Below are positions 20,465 to 30,421 of a stretch of DNA of 64,000 nt, piece by piece. The notes beneath the pieces were generated by a model, which worked only from the letters and a program-made list of their open reading frames with translations, was not told the DNA's origin and searched no databases. A program made the position numbers and the translations under genes. Numbering within the stretch: the first letter of the stretch is position 1; each line of letters opens with the position of its first letter. Source of the stretch: Alphaproteobacteria bacterium. Its GTDB lineage: Bacteria; Pseudomonadota; Alphaproteobacteria; GCA-2731375. The stretch spans positions 160,001 through 224,000 of the forward strand of contig CBDDBZ010000031.1 in the NCBI GenBank assembly GCA_965225945.1. The letters are read 5' to 3'.

Positions 20465-21685
20465 CAGTACACGACTCGTTCATGCTGGCTTTGGCCTGGG
20501 CACCTGGACTGGTGGTTTTCCGGGGACGAGGAAACGAATCAGCTCAATGGCTTGACGCCTGTCGATAGGATTGACGAGCTGTCGCCTTATCCACTCGAAA
20601 CCGTATCGGAAGATGGATTTTGCCATCCTTTTGTGGGTTTTGAGGCGGATCGGCTCGGCCTCGTGGAGCCAATCGCCGACTTTGTGCGCCCAGCAGAAGG
20701 TGATGGAAAGGACGGCGGTGAGCTTGGAGATGCGCTCCGGGTCGGTCATGTGGGTGTCTTCGAGGTTGAAGCCACGGGTTTTCAAGGCGGCGAAGAGGGT
20801 CTCGATTTGCCAGCGCTGGGCGTAGATGGCCAAGGCCTCCTCGGGCGCGTCGTTGGTCACGACGATCAACAGTTCGCCGGTCTTGAGATGGAGCGCGGCG
20901 ACGAAGACGGGCCTGGCCTTGGGTTTTCTGGCCTCCGAGAGGCGCCTGGCGTTGGAGAGGATGCGGCTTTCCCCGGGTTTGAGGTCGCGAAACAGCTCCC
21001 TCGCCTTGACCATGCGACCACGCGTGTTGGCGATCTTGATGTTGGATCGGATGCGGATGTGAAAGGGGATGGCCTTTTCCTGCAACCATGCCAGCCAGGC
21101 GTCGCCGATGAATTCCCGGTCGGCCAGGAGGCTGGCGATCTTGTCGACCCCGAAGAGCCGGAGGACGTGTTCGAGGATCGCGATCCGCTCCTTGGTATTG
21201 GAATTGCCCGCCTTGTCGAGCACCCGCCAGCACACGGGAATGGCGATGGCGCGGTTGACGATGCCGATCATCAAGATGTTGACGTCGCGGCGACCCAGCC
21301 GCCAGTTGGTCCGGTCCATGGTCAGCCGCCACGGCCCCGCCTGGAGCCCCATCATCGCGACCAGGAACTCGGCGAGGCGATCGTAATCGAAATCGACTTG
21401 CTCGAAAAACCGTTGCAGGCGCCGATAGTTGGAGCTGGATCGCGCGCGCCCCGGAAAGTGGCAGGCCAAGTGAGAGAGGTTCACCGTCCGGGCGACGAAC
21501 ACGCCGAAGACCAAGACGCAAAGGCTCTCCAGACGGCTCTTGCGAAAGGCGAAGCCGCATCGTAGCGTCTCACGCAGGGCGTTGATCGGGTTGTCTCGCA
21601 TGATTTCCCTCTTGACTCGTCGTGGAGTGAATCGGGAATCCTACAACCTTTTCAACGTCCTACGTAAATGCCGTCGTGTACCATG
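20465..21685 (-). mobile_element. IS4-family insertion sequence (~1221 bp)
   Basis: Ends CAGTACACGAC...GTCGTGTAC(CA)TG; 11-bp flanking repeat GGCGATTGGCA (20454-20464) / GGCGATTGGTA (21686-21696). Confidence 0.85.
20480..21601 (-). CDS. IS4-family transposase
   Basis: [29 protein letters not shown] (YREK), GFNLEDTH. Confidence 0.95.
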   Translation of the reverse strand: MRDNPINALRETLRCGFAFRKSRLESLCVLVFGVFVARTVNLSHLACHFPGRARSSSNYRRLQRFFEQVDFDYDRLAEFLVAMMGLQAGPWRLTMDRTNWRLGRRDVNILMIGIVNRAIAIPVCWRVLDKAGNSNTKERIAILEHVLRLFGVDKIASLLADREFIGDAWLAWLQEKAIPFHIRIRSNIKIANTRGRMVKARELFRDLKPGESRILSNARRLSEARKPKARPVFVAALHLKTGELLIVVTNDAPEEALAIYAQRWQIETLFAALKTRGFNLEDTHMTDPERISKLTAVLSITFCWAHKVGDWLHEAEPIRLKTHKRMAKSIFRYGFEWIRRQLVNPIDRRQAIELIRFLVPGKPPVQVPRPKPA

Positions 21686-21773
21686 GGCGATTGGTACTAC
21701 ACCATTGCCGGCGCGACGCCCGCGGATGCGCGGGACCGCGCGGGACCGCCGAACTGGCCCCGAGGCGCGTGAC

Positions 21774-22835
21774 ATGAACGAGAACGGAACGGTCGAGGCT
21801 AGTCTATCGGACCTGGACGAACGGAGCCGCGAGATCTTTCGCGGCATCGTCGAATCCTACATGACGACCGGCGCGCCGGTGGGCTCCCGCACGCTCTCGC
21901 GCCTGCCGGGCCTGACGCTGTCGCCGGCCTCGATCCGCAACGTGATGGCCGACCTGGAGACGGCGGGCCTGCTCTACGCGCCCCACACCTCGGCCGGCCG
22001 CCTGCCGACCGACCGGGGGCTCAGGATGTTCGTCGACGGTCTGCTGGAGGTCGGCGAGCTGACCGAGGAGGAACGGGCCTGGATCGAAGGGCGCTGCGCC
22101 GACGGCGGGCACGGCATGCAGGAAATGCTGCAACGCGCGACCGACATCCTTTCCGGCCTCTCGCAATGTGCCGGCGTGGTGGCGGTGCCGAAGTTCGAAT
22201 CGCCGCTGAAGCACATCGAGTTCGTGCACCTGACCGCCGGCCGCGCCATCGTCGTGCTGGTGACGGAATCGGGCGTGGTCGAGAACCGGCTGATCGAGCT
22301 CGGCCCGGGCGTGCCGCCGTCCGCCATGGTGGAAGCGTCGAACTATCTCAACGACCGGCTGCGGGGGCGCACCTTCGAGGAGGCGCGGGTCTTGATCCAG
22401 GCCGAGCTCGAGGCCCGGCGCAACGAGCTCGACGCGCTCACGACCAAGATCGTCGAGGCTGGTCTCGCCACCTGGGCCGGCGAGGGCACCGAAGGCAGAC
22501 TGATCGTTCGGGGGCACGCCAAGCTGCTGGACGACGTCAGCGCCGTCGATGACCTGGAGCGGGTGCGCCAGCTCTTCGCCGACTTGGAGAACGCGCGCGA
22601 GTATCAACGGATGCTCGATCTCGCGCGCGCCGCCGACGGCGTCCGGATCTTCATCGGCTCGGAGAACCGGCTGTTCAGCCTCTCCGGGTCGTCGCTGATC
22701 GTGGCACCCTATAGCGACGGCCAGCAGCGTGTCGTCGGCGCGATCGGCGTCATCGGGCCGACCCATTTGAACTACGCCCGCATCATCCCGATGGTGGACT
22801 ATACGGCCCGGGTCGTCGGCCGCCTGATCGGCTGA
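21774..22835 (+). CDS. hrcA: Heat-inducible transcription repressor HrcA
   Basis: [40 protein letters not shown]. Confidence 0.97.
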   Translation: MNENGTVEASLSDLDERSREIFRGIVESYMTTGAPVGSRTLSRLPGLTLSPASIRNVMADLETAGLLYAPHTSAGRLPTDRGLRMFVDGLLEVGELTEEERAWIEGRCADGGHGMQEMLQRATDILSGLSQCAGVVAVPKFESPLKHIEFVHLTAGRAIVVLVTESGVVENRLIELGPGVPPSAMVEASNYLNDRLRGRTFEEARVLIQAELEARRNELDALTTKIVEAGLATWAGEGTEGRLIVRGHAKLLDDVSAVDDLERVRQLFADLENAREYQRMLDLARAADGVRIFIGSENRLFSLSGSSLIVAPYSDGQQRVVGAIGVIGPTHLNYARIIPMVDYTARVVGRLIG

Positions 22836-22873
22836 GGCGATCCGTTGTACTGAACGAGGACGAACGAGACGAC

Positions 22874-23530
22874 ATGAGCGACGAGAAGAACGATACCGAG
22901 GAGAGTGAGGCCGAGGCCTCGAAGGCGGTGCCCGAGGCGGCGAACGACGACGACGGGACGCCCGAGGTCGAGGTCGAGAGCGAGGTCGAGAGCGAAGCCG
23001 AGGCTGAATGCGCCGCCGAACCGGCGCCGCCCACGCCCGAGGAGGTCATCGCCGACCTCGAGGACCAGCTCCTGCGCGCGCTGGCCGAGACGCAGAACGT
23101 CCGCCGGCGTGCCGAGCGCGAGCAGAGCGATGCCCGACGCTACGCCACCGCCGACTTCGCCCGCGACGTCCTGACCGTGGCCGACAACTTGAGCCGGGCG
23201 ATCGAGACCGCCAAGGCGAGGGACGACGAGGCCGCCGGTACCGTCATCGAGGGGGTGGAACTGACTCTCCGCCAGCTCGAACAGATGCTGGAGAAGCACG
23301 AAATTCGGCCGATCGAGGCCATGGGCCAGAAGCTGGACCCGAACCTGCATCAGGCGATGATGCAGATCGAGCATCCGACGGCGGAGGCCGGCACCATCGT
23401 TCAAGTGGTGCAGACCGGCTACACCGTTCACGATCGGCTGCTGCGCCCGGCGCTCGTGGGCGTGGCCAGGCCGCCGGCCGCAGCCGAGGGCGATGGCGAG
23501 TCCGGAGAACACGTCGACACCTCGGCCTGA
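22874..23530 (+). CDS. grpE: Nucleotide exchange factor GrpE
   Basis: LRALAETQNVRRR, DPNLHQAM, GYTVHDRLLRPALVGV. Confidence 0.97.
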   Translation: MSDEKNDTEESEAEASKAVPEAANDDDGTPEVEVESEVESEAEAECAAEPAPPTPEEVIADLEDQLLRALAETQNVRRRAEREQSDARRYATADFARDVLTVADNLSRAIETAKARDDEAAGTVIEGVELTLRQLEQMLEKHEIRPIEAMGQKLDPNLHQAMMQIEHPTAEAGTIVQVVQTGYTVHDRLLRPALVGVARPPAAAEGDGESGEHVDTSA

Positions 23531-24435
23531 GCATCGGACTCGATAGTCCCCGAAGCCGGGGGCGCGTCGGCCGGGATCAGGAACAGGCTCTGCGGATCGC
23601 GATCCCTGAGGCGCGCCGTCGCCCGCTCGTGCGAGGCGACGGCGTAGCAATAGACGCAGCCGTGGCCGCAACTGTCGTAGGCGCCGAGATCCCGGCTTTC
23701 CGAGCACCCGCAGCCCGGCCGGTTGCCCTTGGTCCGGGCGGCGATCTCGTATCCGGCGACGGCGGAAAGACGGGCCGCGTCGATGCAAGCAGCGGGCGTG
23801 CCACCGACCTCGGCCTGGGCACACACGGTGAGCCGCATGCCCCGCGCCCGGGCCAGCGCCTCCAGGCGCATCCGGAGGCGGTGCTTTTCCTCGGGCGCCG
23901 GGTCCCACCAGTGGATGGCGTCGCGCGCCGCCACCCGGGCGAGGCGGCGGCGGGTCTTGGCGTAGAAGTGGGCGAAGCTGATCACCACTTCGTCGACCAA
24001 CCCCTCCAGCCGGCTGGCGAGCGCGGCGAAATTCGCCTCGTGAAAACCCACATCCGTCCGCTCCGTCAAGAGTATCGGATCGTAACGCCAGATCACGGCG
24101 CGGACCCCGAAGCGCCGCGCCAACCGTTCGATTTGGGCGCTGGCCGCCTCGGGCGCCGGCACCGCGCGCTCTAGGAACCGGGGATAGGCGGTCAGCGTGA
24201 ACTGAACCACGAAGGGTCGCTTCCGCGCCGCCAGCGCGTCCAGCACGGGGAGGAAGGGGGCCGCGTTCCGGGTCCAGAAGACGAAGCCGTCGACCGCCTC
24301 GGCTCCGAGCTCGACCCGGTAGGGCGGCCCGCCGTAGGGGTTTCGCACCAGGGCGAAGCCCGCCGCCAGCCGGTGGCGAAACCAATCGGCGTGAAAGGCC
24401 GGGATGTCGGTCCGGTAGGAGGCGGAGACGATCAT
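23428..24435 (-). CDS. DUF1848 domain protein
   Basis: MIVSASYRTDIPAF, FWTRN, WRYDPI, RPGCGCSESRDLGAYDSCGHGCVYCYA; 3' end overlaps grpE convergently. Confidence 0.88.
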   Translation of the reverse strand: MIVSASYRTDIPAFHADWFRHRLAAGFALVRNPYGGPPYRVELGAEAVDGFVFWTRNAAPFLPVLDALAARKRPFVVQFTLTAYPRFLERAVPAPEAASAQIERLARRFGVRAVIWRYDPILLTERTDVGFHEANFAALASRLEGLVDEVVISFAHFYAKTRRRLARVAARDAIHWWDPAPEEKHRLRMRLEALARARGMRLTVCAQAEVGGTPAACIDAARLSAVAGYEIAARTKGNRPGCGCSESRDLGAYDSCGHGCVYCYAVASHERATARLRDRDPQSLFLIPADAPPASGTIESDAQAEVSTCSPDSPSPSAAAGGLATPTSAGRSSRS

Positions 24436-24532
24436 CCCCGCTGGATGGACCCTAGGCCGGCGGCGGTCAAGGACGATTGCCAAGGCGGGCGTGGGCTGTA
24501 TCGTCCGGGCAAAGCCGAGAGGACGCGGAAAC

Positions 24533-25540
24533 ATGGCCAGAGCCCGCGCCTGGGTCGCCGTCACGTCGACCGACGAAATGCCCGTCAAGCTGGCGCCGGT
24601 ACGCGCGGCGTTGAAGGGGGTGGCGCCGGTCCGCGTGGTGGCACTCCCCTTCCGCCCGCTGGGCGCCGCCGAGACAGCGGCATACGCGGTCGAGTTGGCC
24701 GGCGCGGCGGGGCTGCTGCTCAGGCCGGGCTACCTCGGAAGCGAACTCTTGGACCTGCTGCCGGCGCTCCGCGTGGTCGCGGTGCACGGTGCCGGCGTCG
24801 ACCAGGTCGACGTCCAGGCCTGCACGGAGCGCGGCGTGCTGGTGACCAACGCGCCTGGCGCCAACGCCGTCGCCGTGGCCGAATTCACCATCGCGCTGAT
24901 GCTGAACCTCGCCCGCCGGGTGCCGGAATGCGCGGCGCGGGTCCGGGCCGAGGGGGCCTGGGGCGAGGCACGCCATACCGGCATCGAGCTTCGCGGCCGC
25001 ACGCTGGGTCTGATCGGCCTCGGCCAGATCGGCCGCCGGGTGGGGGACATCGCGGGCGCCATGGGCATGAAGGTGGTGGCCCATGATCCGGGCCTGACGG
25101 CGGCGGCGATCCGCGCCCGTGGTGCCCGGCCGCTCTCGCTCGCTCGCCTGCTCGGCGCCGCCGACGTGATCTCGCTGCACGCCCCGCACACGGCCTCGAC
25201 CCACCATCTGATCGATTCTGGCGCGCTGGCCCGGATGAAAAAGGGCGCGCTGCTGGTCAACGCCGCCCGGGGCCCGCTGATCGACGAGGCGGCCCTGGCC
25301 CGCGCGCTCACGTCCGGCCGCCTCGGGGGCGCCGCGCTCGACGTGCTGGACGGCGAGCCGCCCGACCCGGCGAGCCCGATCTTCGCCGCCCCCAACGTCC
25401 TGGTGACGCCGCATATGGCGGGCTCGACCGACGAGTGCCTGGCGGCGATCGCGGCGCGCGCGGGCGCGGACATCGCCCGGGTGTTGGCGGGCAAGCGGCC
25501 CAAGTTTCCCGTCAACAAGCCGGCCCGTCGCCGCGCATGA
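24533..25540 (+). CDS. D-isomer 2-hydroxyacid dehydrogenase (SerA-like)
   Basis: GAGVD, GLGQIG, NAARG, DVLDGEP, TPHMAG. Confidence 0.9.
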   Translation: MARARAWVAVTSTDEMPVKLAPVRAALKGVAPVRVVALPFRPLGAAETAAYAVELAGAAGLLLRPGYLGSELLDLLPALRVVAVHGAGVDQVDVQACTERGVLVTNAPGANAVAVAEFTIALMLNLARRVPECAARVRAEGAWGEARHTGIELRGRTLGLIGLGQIGRRVGDIAGAMGMKVVAHDPGLTAAAIRARGARPLSLARLLGAADVISLHAPHTASTHHLIDSGALARMKKGALLVNAARGPLIDEAALARALTSGRLGGAALDVLDGEPPDPASPIFAAPNVLVTPHMAGSTDECLAAIAARAGADIARVLAGKRPKFPVNKPARRRA

Positions 25541-25564
25541 CCTCCGACCGATCGCCCAGGTCGA

Positions 25565-25592
25565 TTGACAGGGGGGCGGGGGTGGTTAAGCT
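25565..25592 (+). promoter_or_regulatory. Putative sigma70 promoter for the gcv leader
   Basis: TTGACA-N16-TAAGCT upstream of the riboswitch. Confidence 0.5.
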
Positions 25593-25644
25593 TGCCTCAT
25601 CGACCGGCGGTTCGCGAGACGGTGGGTGCCGGTGGACCAAGGCT

Positions 25645-25866
25645 GGACCCCCGTGGGAGAGACCGGCGGGCCGCCGAAGCGGTCGCGGCCGGCGCCGAAG
25701 GAGCAACCGCCCCGGAAACTCTCAGGCGACGGGACCGTGGGGGAGCGCCACTCTGGAAAGCGGGCGTGACCGTCCAATCGCACACGCTCCACCGAAGGGT
25801 GAACACCTGCGCCGCGCGCTTACGCGAGGCGCGGGCTGAATATCTCAGGTCCGACGACAGAGGGGG
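25645..25866 (+). ncRNA. Tandem glycine riboswitch (two aptamers)
   Basis: GGGAGAG..CGCCGAAGGAGCAACCGCCCCGGAAACTCTCAGG and CTCTGGAAAG..CACCGAAGG..ATCTCAGG..GACAGAG, directly upstream of gcvT. Confidence 0.93.
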
Positions 25867-25913
25867 CATGACCGCGCGTGAAGACGCGCGCGATCCTGCT
25901 GTCGGAGGACGCC

Positions 25914-27023
25914 ATGAGCGATGACGAGAGCCCCCTGGGCACGACGCCGCTGGACGCCTTGCACCGTGAACTGGGTGCGAAGATGGTGCCCTTTGCCGGC
26001 TACCGGATGCCGGTGCAATACCCCGACGGCATCCTCGCGGAGCACCGCCACACGCGCGCGGCGGCCGGTCTGTTCGACGTTTCGCACATGGGCCAGGCGC
26101 GAATCCCGGGTGACGGCGCGGCGGAGGCGCTGGAAGCCCTGGTGCCGGGCGACATCCGGGGCCTGGCGCCGGGGCGGATGCGCTACACCCAGTTCACCAA
26201 CGAGGCCGCCGGCATCCTCGACGACCTGATGGTCACCCGCCTGGAGGACGGCCTCTTCCTGGTGGTGAACGCGGCCAACAAGGCGGCCGACCTGGCGCGG
26301 CTGGAGGCCGGGCTGGCCAACCACGCGGTCGAGCCTCTGGCGGACCGCGGTCTGCTGGCGCTGCAGGGGCCGGAAGCGGTGAAGGTGCTGGCCCGCCTGG
26401 CCCCCGAGGTCGCGAGCTTCCCCTTCATGTCGGCGGCCGAGGTGGCGATCGCCGGCATCGACTGCTTGGTCGGCCGCTCCGGCTATACCGGCGAGGACGG
26501 CTACGAAATCTCCTGCGAGGGGCCTGAGACCGAGCGCCTCGTCCGTCTCTTGCTGGCGCAGCCGGAGGTGGCGCCGATTGGCCTCGGCGCCCGGGATTCG
26601 CTCCGCCTCGAGGCCGGACTCTGCCTCCATGGCCACGACATCGACGAGACCACGACGCCGATCGAGGCCGGCCTCGCCTGGTCGATCTCCAAGCGCCGGC
26701 GCGAGCTTGGCGGCTTCCCCGGCGACGCCGTGGTGCGACGGCAATTGGCCGAGGGCGCGCCCAGGCGGCGCATCGGCATTCTGCCGGAGGGGCGCCAACC
26801 GGCCCGCGAGCACAGCCAGATCGTCGATGCCGAGGGCGAGCAAATCGGCGTGGTGACCAGCGGCGGCTACGGACCCAGCCTCGGAGGCCCGCTCGCCATG
26901 GGCTATGTGCCCAGCGCGCACGCCGCGCTCGGCGGCGCGCTGGGTCTGGTGGTGCGCGGCAAGACGATTCCCGCCCGCGTCGCCCGCATGCCCTTCGTTC
27001 CGCAACGCTATTATCGAGGTTGA
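25914..27023 (+). CDS. gcvT: Glycine cleavage system aminomethyltransferase T
   Basis: FAGYRMPVQY, GLFDVSHMGQ, RSGYTGEDGYE, GLGARDSLRLEAG. Confidence 0.97.
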   Translation: MSDDESPLGTTPLDALHRELGAKMVPFAGYRMPVQYPDGILAEHRHTRAAAGLFDVSHMGQARIPGDGAAEALEALVPGDIRGLAPGRMRYTQFTNEAAGILDDLMVTRLEDGLFLVVNAANKAADLARLEAGLANHAVEPLADRGLLALQGPEAVKVLARLAPEVASFPFMSAAEVAIAGIDCLVGRSGYTGEDGYEISCEGPETERLVRLLLAQPEVAPIGLGARDSLRLEAGLCLHGHDIDETTTPIEAGLAWSISKRRRELGGFPGDAVVRRQLAEGAPRRRIGILPEGRQPAREHSQIVDAEGEQIGVVTSGGYGPSLGGPLAMGYVPSAHAALGGALGLVVRGKTIPARVARMPFVPQRYYRG

Positions 27024-27068
27024 CGGCCGACGGGCCGAGGCTTCGCCATCCGGGAGGAGTTCGCGATC

Positions 27069-27446
27069 ATGAGCACGATTGGATTCACCGAAGATCACGA
27101 GTGGGTTCGCCTCGAGGGCGACATCGCCACCTGCGGCATCACCGAGTATGCCCAGGATCAGCTCGGCGACGTCGTTTTCGTTGAACTGCCGGAGGTCGGG
27201 CGAACGCTGGTCAAGGGCGACGAGGCGGCGGTGGTCGAATCGGTGAAGGCGGCGGCGGAGGTCTATGCCCCGCTCGGCGGCGAGGTGACCGAGGCCAACG
27301 ACGTCATCGTCGAATTACCCGCCACGGTCAACGAGGATGCCATGGGCCAGGGCTGGTTCTACCGGATGCGCGTCGCCGACGCCTCCGAACTCGACGGGCT
27401 GATGGACCAGGCGGGCTACCAGAGCTATCTGGAGGGGCTGGAATAA
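27069..27446 (+). CDS. gcvH: Glycine cleavage system H protein
   Basis: [19 protein letters not shown] lipoyl motif. Confidence 0.97.
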   Translation: MSTIGFTEDHEWVRLEGDIATCGITEYAQDQLGDVVFVELPEVGRTLVKGDEAAVVESVKAAAEVYAPLGGEVTEANDVIVELPATVNEDAMGQGWFYRMRVADASELDGLMDQAGYQSYLEGLE

Positions 27447-28792
27447 TGCGCTATCTACCGCACACCGAGGCCACGCGCGCTCGGATGCTCGGCGCGATCG
27501 GGGTCGAGACGATCGAGGATCTCTACCTCGACGTGCCGGCCTCGGCCCGGCTCGACGATCTGGTCGAGCTGCCGCGCCACCAGGGCGAACTCGAGGTCGA
27601 GCGGGCGATCGCTGCCCTCGCGGCCCGCAACCTGAACGGCGCCACCTCGCCCTTCTTCCTCGGCGCCGGCGCCTATCGCCATCACCTGCCGTCCGCCGTC
27701 GACCACCTGATCCAGCGCTCCGAGTTCCTGACCTCCTACACCCCCTATCAGCCGGAGGTGAGCCAAGGGACGCTCAAGGCGATGTTCGAGTTCCAGACCC
27801 AGGTGGCGATGATCACCGCCATGGACGTCGCCAACGCCTCGATGTACGACGGCGCCACCTCGACCGCCGAGGCGGTGCTGATGGCGGCGCGCGTCACCCG
27901 GCGCAAGCGGGCCGTGCTGTCGGGCGGGCTGCACCCGCATTACCGCGACGTGGTCCAGACCATGGTGCGGTTCACCGCCCTCGAAGCGACGGCGGCGCCG
28001 GGCGATTTCGACGGCGCCGAGGATTTGGCGGATCGAATCGAGGACGACGTCGCCTGCGTCGTGGTGCAGAATCCGGACGTCTTCGGCCGGCTGCGCGACC
28101 TGACGCCGCTGGCCGAGGCGGCGCATGCCAAGGGCGCCCTGCTGGTGGCGGTGGTGAACGAGATCGTCTCCCTCGGCGCGGTGACGCCACCGGGCGAGAT
28201 GGGTGCCGACATCGTCGCCGCCGAGGGCCAGTCGCTCGGCAACCCGCTCACCTTCGGCGGGCCGCACCTGGGTCTCTTCGCCTGCCGCGAGGGCCGCGTC
28301 CGTCAGATGCCGGGCCGGCTCTGCGGCGAGACGGTGGACGCGGAGGGCCGGCGTGGCTTCGTGCTCACGCTTTCGACCCGCGAGCAGCACATCCGCCGCG
28401 AGAAGGCGACCAGCAACATCTGCACCTCCGCCGGCCTCTGTGCGCTCGCCTTCACGATCCATCTGGCGCTTCTGGGCGATGTCGGCTTTCGCCGGTTGGC
28501 CCGGTTGAACCATGCCCGCGCCTCGGGCCTGGCCGATCGCCTCGCTCGCGTCGACGGCGTCGAGGTGGTGAACGAGAGCTTCTTCAACGAATTCACCCTT
28601 CGACTCGGGCGCGATGCCCGAGCGGTGGTTTCCAAACTCGCCGCGGACGGTATCCTCGCCGGGGTGCCGGCCTCGCGGCTGTTCCCGGGCGAGGCGGCGG
28701 CCGAAACGCTCTTGATCGTGGCGATGACGGAGACCACGACGGAGGACGATGTCGACCGCCTGGTCGACGGTCTGGCGGAGGCGCTCTCATGA
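27446..28792 (+). CDS. gcvPA: Glycine dehydrogenase subunit 1
   Basis: [40 protein letters not shown]. Confidence 0.97.
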   Translation: MRYLPHTEATRARMLGAIGVETIEDLYLDVPASARLDDLVELPRHQGELEVERAIAALAARNLNGATSPFFLGAGAYRHHLPSAVDHLIQRSEFLTSYTPYQPEVSQGTLKAMFEFQTQVAMITAMDVANASMYDGATSTAEAVLMAARVTRRKRAVLSGGLHPHYRDVVQTMVRFTALEATAAPGDFDGAEDLADRIEDDVACVVVQNPDVFGRLRDLTPLAEAAHAKGALLVAVVNEIVSLGAVTPPGEMGADIVAAEGQSLGNPLTFGGPHLGLFACREGRVRQMPGRLCGETVDAEGRRGFVLTLSTREQHIRREKATSNICTSAGLCALAFTIHLALLGDVGFRRLARLNHARASGLADRLARVDGVEVVNESFFNEFTLRLGRDARAVVSKLAADGILAGVPASRLFPGEAAAETLLIVAMTETTTEDDVDRLVDGLAEALS

Positions 28793-30357
28793 CCCAGTCA
28801 CGCGACAAGAGCGGTGGGCTGGCGGTGGTCGCCGCCGAGCGGGGGCCGAGGACCCATTCCGGGCACGCCGGCCTCGATCACGAGGAAGACCTGCTGTTCG
28901 AGCAGGGCTCGCCCGAGAAGGCCGGCGTCGACCTGCCGGACTTCGACGAGGGGGGACGGAATCGCCTGGGCGGCCTGGCGCGGGTCGGCCCGACCGGGCT
29001 GCCCGGCCTCTCGGAACCGGAGGTGGTGCGTCACTTCGTCCGCATCAGCCGCGACAACCACGCCATCGACATGGGCATGTATCCGCTCGGCTCCTGCACC
29101 ATGAAGCACAACCCGCGGCTCAACGAGAAGCTGGCGCGGCTCGCCGGATTGGCCGAGGTCCACCCGCTGCAGCCGGAGGAGACGGCACAGGGCGCGCTGG
29201 AATTGATCGACCTGCTGGCGCATTGGCTGACGACGCTCTGCAACATGCCGGCGGTGGCGATGTCGCCCGCGGCCGGCGCGCACGGCGAGCTCTGCGGTCT
29301 GATGTGCATCCGAGCCGCGCTGGAGGACTGGGGCGATCCGCGCGAGGTGGTCCTGGTGCCCGAAAGCGCGCATGGCACCAACCCGGCGACGGCGGCGATG
29401 TGCGGCTACCGAGTGGAGGACATCGCCGCCGACGATTCTGGACGGGTCGACGTCGCGGCGCTGGCCGGGCGGCTGGGCCCGGACGTTGCCGGGATCATGT
29501 TGACCAACCCCAACACCTGCGGCCTGTTCGAGAACGACATCGTCGAAATCGCCGAGTTGATCCACCAGGCCGGCGGCTACTTCTACTGCGACGGCGCCAA
29601 CTTCAACGCCATCATGGGCCGCGTCCGGCCGGGCGATCTCGGCATCGACTGCATGCACATCAACCTGCACAAGACCTTCTCGACGCCGCATGGCGGTGGC
29701 GGGCCGGGCAGCGGACCGGTGGTGTTGTCGGCGGCGCTGGCGCCCTACGCGCCCAGGCCCTACGTGATCCGCGACGGCGACGCGCTGCGCCTGGTCGAGA
29801 GCGCCGCCGACGCCGCCGACGACCCCAAGAGCTTCGGCCGCCTCAAGGGCTTCCATGGCCAGATGGGGATGTTCATCCGCGCGCTGGCCTACATGATGAG
29901 CCACGGCGCCGACGGCTTGCGCCAGGCGGCGGAGGACGCGGTGTTGAACGCCAACTATATTCGCGTCGGGCTAGAGGACGTGATGAGCCTCTCCTACCCT
30001 GGGCCCTGCATGCACGAGGTCCTGTTCGACGACGGCGCGCTGAAGGACACCGGCGTCACCACGCTCGACCTCGCCAAAGCGATGATCGACGAGGGCGTGC
30101 ATCCGATGACGATGTATTTCCCCCTGGTGGTGCATGGCGCGATGCTGATCGAGCCGACCGATTCGGAGAGCGAGGCGAGCCTCGACGAGTTCATCGCCCT
30201 GATGCGCGGTCTGATGGCGGATTCGCGGGCCGACGGCGCGGAACGCTTCCAGGGTGCGCCGTTCCTCGCGCCGCGTCGCCGCCTCGATGAAACCCGGGCG
30301 GCGCGCCATCCGGTACTGCGATGGCGCCCACGCGACCCGGCCGAGACGGCGGAATAG
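28789..30357 (+). CDS. gcvPB: Glycine dehydrogenase subunit 2
   Basis: [39 protein letters not shown]. Confidence 0.97.
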   Translation: MTQSRDKSGGLAVVAAERGPRTHSGHAGLDHEEDLLFEQGSPEKAGVDLPDFDEGGRNRLGGLARVGPTGLPGLSEPEVVRHFVRISRDNHAIDMGMYPLGSCTMKHNPRLNEKLARLAGLAEVHPLQPEETAQGALELIDLLAHWLTTLCNMPAVAMSPAAGAHGELCGLMCIRAALEDWGDPREVVLVPESAHGTNPATAAMCGYRVEDIAADDSGRVDVAALAGRLGPDVAGIMLTNPNTCGLFENDIVEIAELIHQAGGYFYCDGANFNAIMGRVRPGDLGIDCMHINLHKTFSTPHGGGGPGSGPVVLSAALAPYAPRPYVIRDGDALRLVESAADAADDPKSFGRLKGFHGQMGMFIRALAYMMSHGADGLRQAAEDAVLNANYIRVGLEDVMSLSYPGPCMHEVLFDDGALKDTGVTTLDLAKAMIDEGVHPMTMYFPLVVHGAMLIEPTDSESEASLDEFIALMRGLMADSRADGAERFQGAPFLAPRRRLDETRAARHPVLRWRPRDPAETAE

Positions 30358-30421
30358 CGGCGGCCGGTCCCCGGGCACCTCTTGCGTCGGGGGCCGTTCC
30401 CCGTAACTCTGGGGATCGAGC

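Noticed and set aside
21686-21715. CIRCE operator upstream of hrcA
   Set aside because: Only a weak half-site (TTGG[C/T]ACT); no GAGTGCTAA arm at 9-nt spacing.
21728-21749. 10-bp tandem repeat GCGCGGGACC upstream of hrcA and short repeats in the grpE N-terminus
   Set aside because: Short GC-rich slippage repeats with no evidence of function.
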